Shown: positions 27,820 through 31,965 of the stretch, one piece after another
Layout: each line of letters opens with the position of its first letter
Numbering within the stretch: position 1 is the first letter of the stretch
From: Thermodesulfobacteriota bacterium
GTDB taxonomy: Bacteria > Desulfobacterota_D > UBA1144 > Nemesobacterales > N074bin48
NCBI GenBank assembly: GCA_041572575.1
Contig: JBFFSH010000026.1
Span: 1-31,965 of the forward strand
DNA: 31,965 nt
Reading direction: 5' to 3'
Program-made: the position numbers and the translations under genes
The notes under the pieces: model-generated
Databases searched by the model: none
Told to the model about the DNA's origin: nothing
What the model saw: the letters and a program-made list of their open reading frames with translations, nothing else

Positions 27820-28329
27820 ATGAAATTCTGTGGGATTGTTCTTTTATTATTTTCTATATTTTTATATGAAATCAATTCTTCATATTCCTTCACCAACACC
27901 GCCATACTAAACATGCACTGGGGCATGAATCCGGAGCAGGTTGAAAGTGCAATAAATACTGCTCTACAAGAAGATCAATCCAGCACAGATAAAATAAAAG
28001 TTTACATAAGTAATCTGCAAATTACTGACAGAGGCAGGCCCTCCGATGTTAAATATTATTTCTATAAAAATCAGTTATACAAGCTAAAGATAAAACAAGA
28101 TTTAGCTACTCATAAAAAACCGATCATAAATCAGCTAATAAAACTAAAAGGACTGGACGAGCAGTTTAATGATATTGTCCAATCACTTCATTACGGAAGG
28201 AAATATGAGACTTTCAATGATAATCAAAAAATAGTTTTCTATCTAAACTCAGGCGATTTAAATAGCTCCGATACTGTTTTTTTAGATTTGAAATATTTGC
28301 CTGTTGCCGGTCAAACAAATTTCGAATGA
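27820..28329 (+). CDS. Hypothetical exported protein
   Basis: Signal-like N-terminus; HWGMNPEQV and YYFYKNQLY pattern. Confidence 0.7.
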   Translation: MKFCGIVLLLFSIFLYEINSSYSFTNTAILNMHWGMNPEQVESAINTALQEDQSSTDKIKVYISNLQITDRGRPSDVKYYFYKNQLYKLKIKQDLATHKKPIINQLIKLKGLDEQFNDIVQSLHYGRKYETFNDNQKIVFYLNSGDLNSSDTVFLDLKYLPVAGQTNFE

Positions 28330-28359
28330 TATAATCTTAGGCCATAGTAGACTGTAATA

Positions 28360-29022
28360 ATGAGCGAAATTCAGGATATACTGATAAGCAAACATGAGAA
28401 AGTCCCCAAAACCGATGACCCCATAGCATTAAAGACTAGCTGGGAGCCAACAAATCCAGGCGGGGCTAATTTTAAGACACAGCAACTCACTGTTACAAAA
28501 AATCGAATTATTATAGAAAAAACTTACGGCACTATTGTTCTATCATTAATTTTTATATTAATTGGAATTCCTTCACTTATTTATGGCTCTAGATATTATT
28601 ATAGCAAAGGTATGGTTTGGGAAGGCGTATTTGCTTTTGTTATAGGTATAATATTTACCATTTGTGGAATATTAGTCCTAAAATTTTTCAAGAAAACAAC
28701 CTTTGATTTAATTGCAGGCGTTTATTATAGAGGTAAAAAATACGATAAATTCAATTCAGTTGATCGGTCTATTCAGGGCCTGCTTTCTGATATTTACGCT
28801 ATACAATTAATATATGAAATATTACGTTCCGGTTCTACAAAAGTAAGTAATACCTACAAAAGCTATGAGATGAACCTCGTGTTTAAAGACGGAGAACGTC
28901 TAAATATTATGGATCATGGAAAGCAAGAGGATATAGATGCCGCTGCAATAAAGTTAGGAGAGTTTTTGCAAGTTCCAGTCTGGAAAGCAAGCTACTCCAA
29001 TACAAACTCTAATTCTCAATGA
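28360..29022 (+). CDS. Hypothetical two-TM membrane protein
   Basis: Two TM helices; GGANFKT, AIQLI, YEMNLV; overlaps the clpA 3' end by 14 nt. Confidence 0.75.
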   Translation: MSEIQDILISKHEKVPKTDDPIALKTSWEPTNPGGANFKTQQLTVTKNRIIIEKTYGTIVLSLIFILIGIPSLIYGSRYYYSKGMVWEGVFAFVIGIIFTICGILVLKFFKKTTFDLIAGVYYRGKKYDKFNSVDRSIQGLLSDIYAIQLIYEILRSGSTKVSNTYKSYEMNLVFKDGERLNIMDHGKQEDIDAAAIKLGEFLQVPVWKASYSNTNSNSQ

Positions 29023-31258
29023 GTGTTTCAATCTTAAGCTCACCATTTTCAAGCAGTATTTTCACAGACCCACCATTCAACAGCTTTCCAAAAAGTATCT
29101 CATTTGTTAGTTTTTCTGTGATCTCAGAATCGATGAATCTTTGAATTGGCCTTGCGCCAAGAAGTGGATCATATGCACTCTCGGCAATATAAGATCTGGC
29201 CTCCGGGGATAGCTCAATTGTAATTTTCTTTGAGCTTAGTCTCTCAGAAAGCTGTCCTACAATTTTATCCACTACCTGTTCAACAACTTCTTTACTCAGT
29301 GAATTGAACTGCACTATTGCGTTTAATCTGTTTCTAAACTCAGGGCTGAAATATTTATCAATTGTTTCCTTGCTCTTATCTTCATATTCCTGTTTACCAA
29401 ATCCCATTGTGTGCTGGCTGCTCTCTCTTGACCCTGTGTTTGTAGTAAGAATAAGTATGATTTGCTTAAAGTCTACTTTCCTTCCATTGGAGTCTGTGAG
29501 CGTGGCATGATCCATAACCTGTAGCAGTATGTTATAGATATCTTCGTGTGCCTTTTCTATTTCGTCAAGAAGCAATACTGCGTGAGGATTTTGATTAACC
29601 GCTTCAGTAAGCTGGCCACCCTGATCATATCCCACGTATCCAGGGGGAGAGCCAATGAGTCTCGACACCGTGTGCTTTTCCATGTACTCACTCATATCAA
29701 ACCGCAGGAACTCTATACCCATTGCTGCTGCAAGCTGTTTTGCAAGCTCAGTTTTACCTACCCCCGTGGGGCCTGAAAACATAAAAGAACCTACTGGTTT
29801 ATCCGGCTCATTTAGTCCTGCCCTGGACATTTGGATTGATTTAACAATTGCCTCAATTGCCTGATCCTGGCCGTAAAGAACTTTTTTAAGGTCGGCAGAA
29901 AGGGTCATAAGCCTGTTCCTGTCGTCTACCTTCACAGTTCTGGAAGGAATTTTTGCTATTCTTGAAACAAGCGCTTCAATGTCTTTTACAGAAACCTGTT
30001 TAATTTCAGATTTATAGTTTCTAAGCTTAACCTCTGCACCAGCTTCGTCTAAGAGATCAATTGCCTTATCGGGAAGTTTCTTGTCATTAATGTATCTGTC
30101 AGACAGATCAACTGCGGCCTTAAGCGCTGGGGCTGAATAAGTCACTTTATGAAAATCTTCATAGTAGCCCTTAAGACCATTTAGTATCTTAAGCGTATCT
30201 TCATTGCTTGGCTCATGTACATCAATCTTCTGAAACCTTCTTGCTAGCGCATGGTCCTTTTCAAATACGCTTCTGTACTCTTTTAATGTAGTTGTTCCGA
30301 TGCACCTTATCTCGCCGTTTGATAGCGCAGGCTTTAGCATATTGGATGCATCAAGCCCGGAACTTGATACCGCACCAGCACCTATTACTGTGTGTATTTC
30401 GTCTACAAATAAAACGTTATTCCGATTTCCTTTAACTGAATCTATTATTGCCTTTAGTCGTTCTTCAAAATCTCCTCTATATCTTGTTCCCGCTGTTAGA
30501 GCTCCCATATCGAGTGAATAAATCTGCAGGTCTTTTAAAACTTCCGGCACCCGATCCTCTACAATCCTGTTTGCAAGCCCCTCGGCTATTGCGGTTTTAC
30601 CAACCCCTGCATCACCAACGAATATGGGGTTATTTTTTCTTCTCCTGCAGAGTATATGAACGGTTCTTTCCAGTTCTTTATCCCTTCCAATGAGTGGATC
30701 TAACTTTCCAGCTTTAGCCTTTTCTACAAGATTAGTACAATACTCTGTAAGCGGATTTTTAACCTGTGGAACAGGTTCGCCATCTGGATTCTTGTTTGTT
30801 GTTTTTGTTTCCTGCTCTGAGCTTGGGGCACCACCGTGTGACACATATTTTACTACTGAAAGCCTGTCCACCCCCTGCTCTTTTAAAAAGTAAACAGCGT
30901 GTGACTCTTCCTCCCTGAACATTGCTACTATGAGATTTCCGCTCTTAAGCTCTTCTTTTCCGGCAGACTGCACATGCATTGCGGCAATCCTGAGTACATA
31001 CTGGCTGCCAACCGAATACTGCGGTTCTGGCAGATCCTCTGACATTATAGAGGGCATGCTCTTGTCCATAAACTCGGCAAGATCATATTTGAGCTTATCC
31101 AGATCAACCCCGCATGACATTAAGACCTCCGAAGCTCCGGATTCATTTGTCATTTCAAACAGTATATGCTCAAGCGTAATAAACTCGTGCTTCTTTGCCT
31201 TTGCAAGGTCATATGCCCTTTGCAGCGTGTCTTCGAGTTCTTTTGATAGAGTCAACAT
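29009..31258 (-). CDS. clpA: ATP-dependent Clp protease ATPase subunit ClpA
   Basis: Two Walker A motifs ([16 protein letters not shown]); [11 protein letters not shown] ClpP-docking loop; no middle domain; follows clpS. Confidence 0.97.
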   Translation of the reverse strand: MLTLSKELEDTLQRAYDLAKAKKHEFITLEHILFEMTNESGASEVLMSCGVDLDKLKYDLAEFMDKSMPSIMSEDLPEPQYSVGSQYVLRIAAMHVQSAGKEELKSGNLIVAMFREEESHAVYFLKEQGVDRLSVVKYVSHGGAPSSEQETKTTNKNPDGEPVPQVKNPLTEYCTNLVEKAKAGKLDPLIGRDKELERTVHILCRRRKNNPIFVGDAGVGKTAIAEGLANRIVEDRVPEVLKDLQIYSLDMGALTAGTRYRGDFEERLKAIIDSVKGNRNNVLFVDEIHTVIGAGAVSSSGLDASNMLKPALSNGEIRCIGTTTLKEYRSVFEKDHALARRFQKIDVHEPSNEDTLKILNGLKGYYEDFHKVTYSAPALKAAVDLSDRYINDKKLPDKAIDLLDEAGAEVKLRNYKSEIKQVSVKDIEALVSRIAKIPSRTVKVDDRNRLMTLSADLKKVLYGQDQAIEAIVKSIQMSRAGLNEPDKPVGSFMFSGPTGVGKTELAKQLAAAMGIEFLRFDMSEYMEKHTVSRLIGSPPGYVGYDQGGQLTEAVNQNPHAVLLLDEIEKAHEDIYNILLQVMDHATLTDSNGRKVDFKQIILILTTNTGSRESSQHTMGFGKQEYEDKSKETIDKYFSPEFRNRLNAIVQFNSLSKEVVEQVVDKIVGQLSERLSSKKITIELSPEARSYIAESAYDPLLGARPIQRFIDSEITEKLTNEILFGKLLNGGSVKILLENGELKIETLIEN

Positions 31259-31590
31259 TCACCTCCTTGTTCTACTTCCAGATCACATTTTAGCGGATGC
31301 CCGTTTTGCTCTGCAAGTTTATCAACCTGCATCACTTTTGTCCTTGCTACATCGTGAGTATAAACACCAATCATACTCTTCCCCTTGGTATGCGCATCGA
31401 GCATTATCCTTAAACTCTCATGTTCCGATTTATAAAATACTTTTATAAGCACCCAGACCACAAACTCCCTTGGTGTGTAATCATCGTTAAGCAGGACGAT
31501 CTTGTACATATCAGGCTTTTTAAGCCTCACACGCTCCTGCGTTAAAACCTTTCCTTCCCTGTCGTTTTTTGCTATCTTGCTTCCGCTCAT
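31252..31590 (-). CDS. clpS: Clp protease adaptor ClpS
   Basis: YKIVLLNDDYTPREFV, IMLDAHTKG, HPLKC. Confidence 0.97.
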   Translation of the reverse strand: MSGSKIAKNDREGKVLTQERVRLKKPDMYKIVLLNDDYTPREFVVWVLIKVFYKSEHESLRIMLDAHTKGKSMIGVYTHDVARTKVMQVDKLAEQNGHPLKCDLEVEQGGEC

Positions 31591-31616
31591 CTGAATTATA
31601 GTATAAATGATAAATT

Positions 31617-31965
31617 TTAAGATTTATTATGTAAATATTTTAGCGGTGATTTGTTATTATATCTATCAATTAAATTACTTATATAAATTTTTTCACTATC
31701 TAAAAAGCCTGATATAGCAGCACTTGCGCCCTCGTTGTTAATGTAATGAGAGCTATATGTAGGATAAGCCCCAAAACCTCTTAAGAATTTGTGCTCACCC
31801 TGTGCTCCTGCTTCAAATATCTCGATATTATTAGAAATAGCATACTCAATCAAACTGTAGTAACAACACTCAAAATGAAGATATCTAAAATCTTCCAGAC
31901 ACCCCCAGTACCTTCCATAAAGACTCTGATTCTTGACCACATTAAAAGTGCCCCCAGCCCAGCCA
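31617..31965 (-). CDS. FemAB-like/GNAT (DUF482) protein, 5'-truncated by the window edge
   Basis: LYGRYWG, LHFECCYY, FEAGAQGEHK..RGF; frame is open to the window end. Confidence 0.88.
   Translation of the reverse strand, partial: GWAGGTFNVVKNQSLYGRYWGCLEDFRYLHFECCYYSLIEYAISNNIEIFEAGAQGEHKFLRGFGAYPTYSSHYINNEGASAAISGFLDSEKIYISNLIDRYNNKSPLKYLHNKS

Noticed and set aside
243..31448. Many overlapping or antisense ORFs in the track (e.g. 278-754, 10249-10581, 16373-16753, 30930-31448)
   Set aside because: Shadows of well-supported genes, with no motifs

Overview
AT-rich bacterial chromosomal window; gene content would fit a deltaproteobacterial-like lineage such as Dadabacteria, but this is inference only. 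Core loci are an ECF sigma/zinc anti-sigma pair, ald, rpsB-tsf-pyrH-frr, mtgA, a siroheme nitrite/sulfite reductase, nhaA and a FemAB-like(DUF482)-clpS-clpA operon. Accessory loci include an ArsR-SRPBCC-GST(frameshifted)-VOC-DUF2461 operon, Hsp20, SprT, a SET-domain protein, a LuxR regulator, MscS, MBL-fold proteins, redoxins and a cupin. I saw no tRNA, rRNA, CRISPR array, integrase or transposase. Signals the ORF track does not explain: (1) two diverged copies of a non-coding module upstream of rpsB (45-bp promoter-like repeat, GTCAT-tagged REP palindromes, ~75-bp inverted 8-mer repeat), each followed by one cargo gene; (2) a candidate ~105-nt structured RNA with a CCCUCC motif, its own terminator and a 19-bp operator upstream of nhaA; (3) an unannotated 53-aa Zn-finger protein with a Lys-rich tail near the SET methyltransferase and SprT protease.
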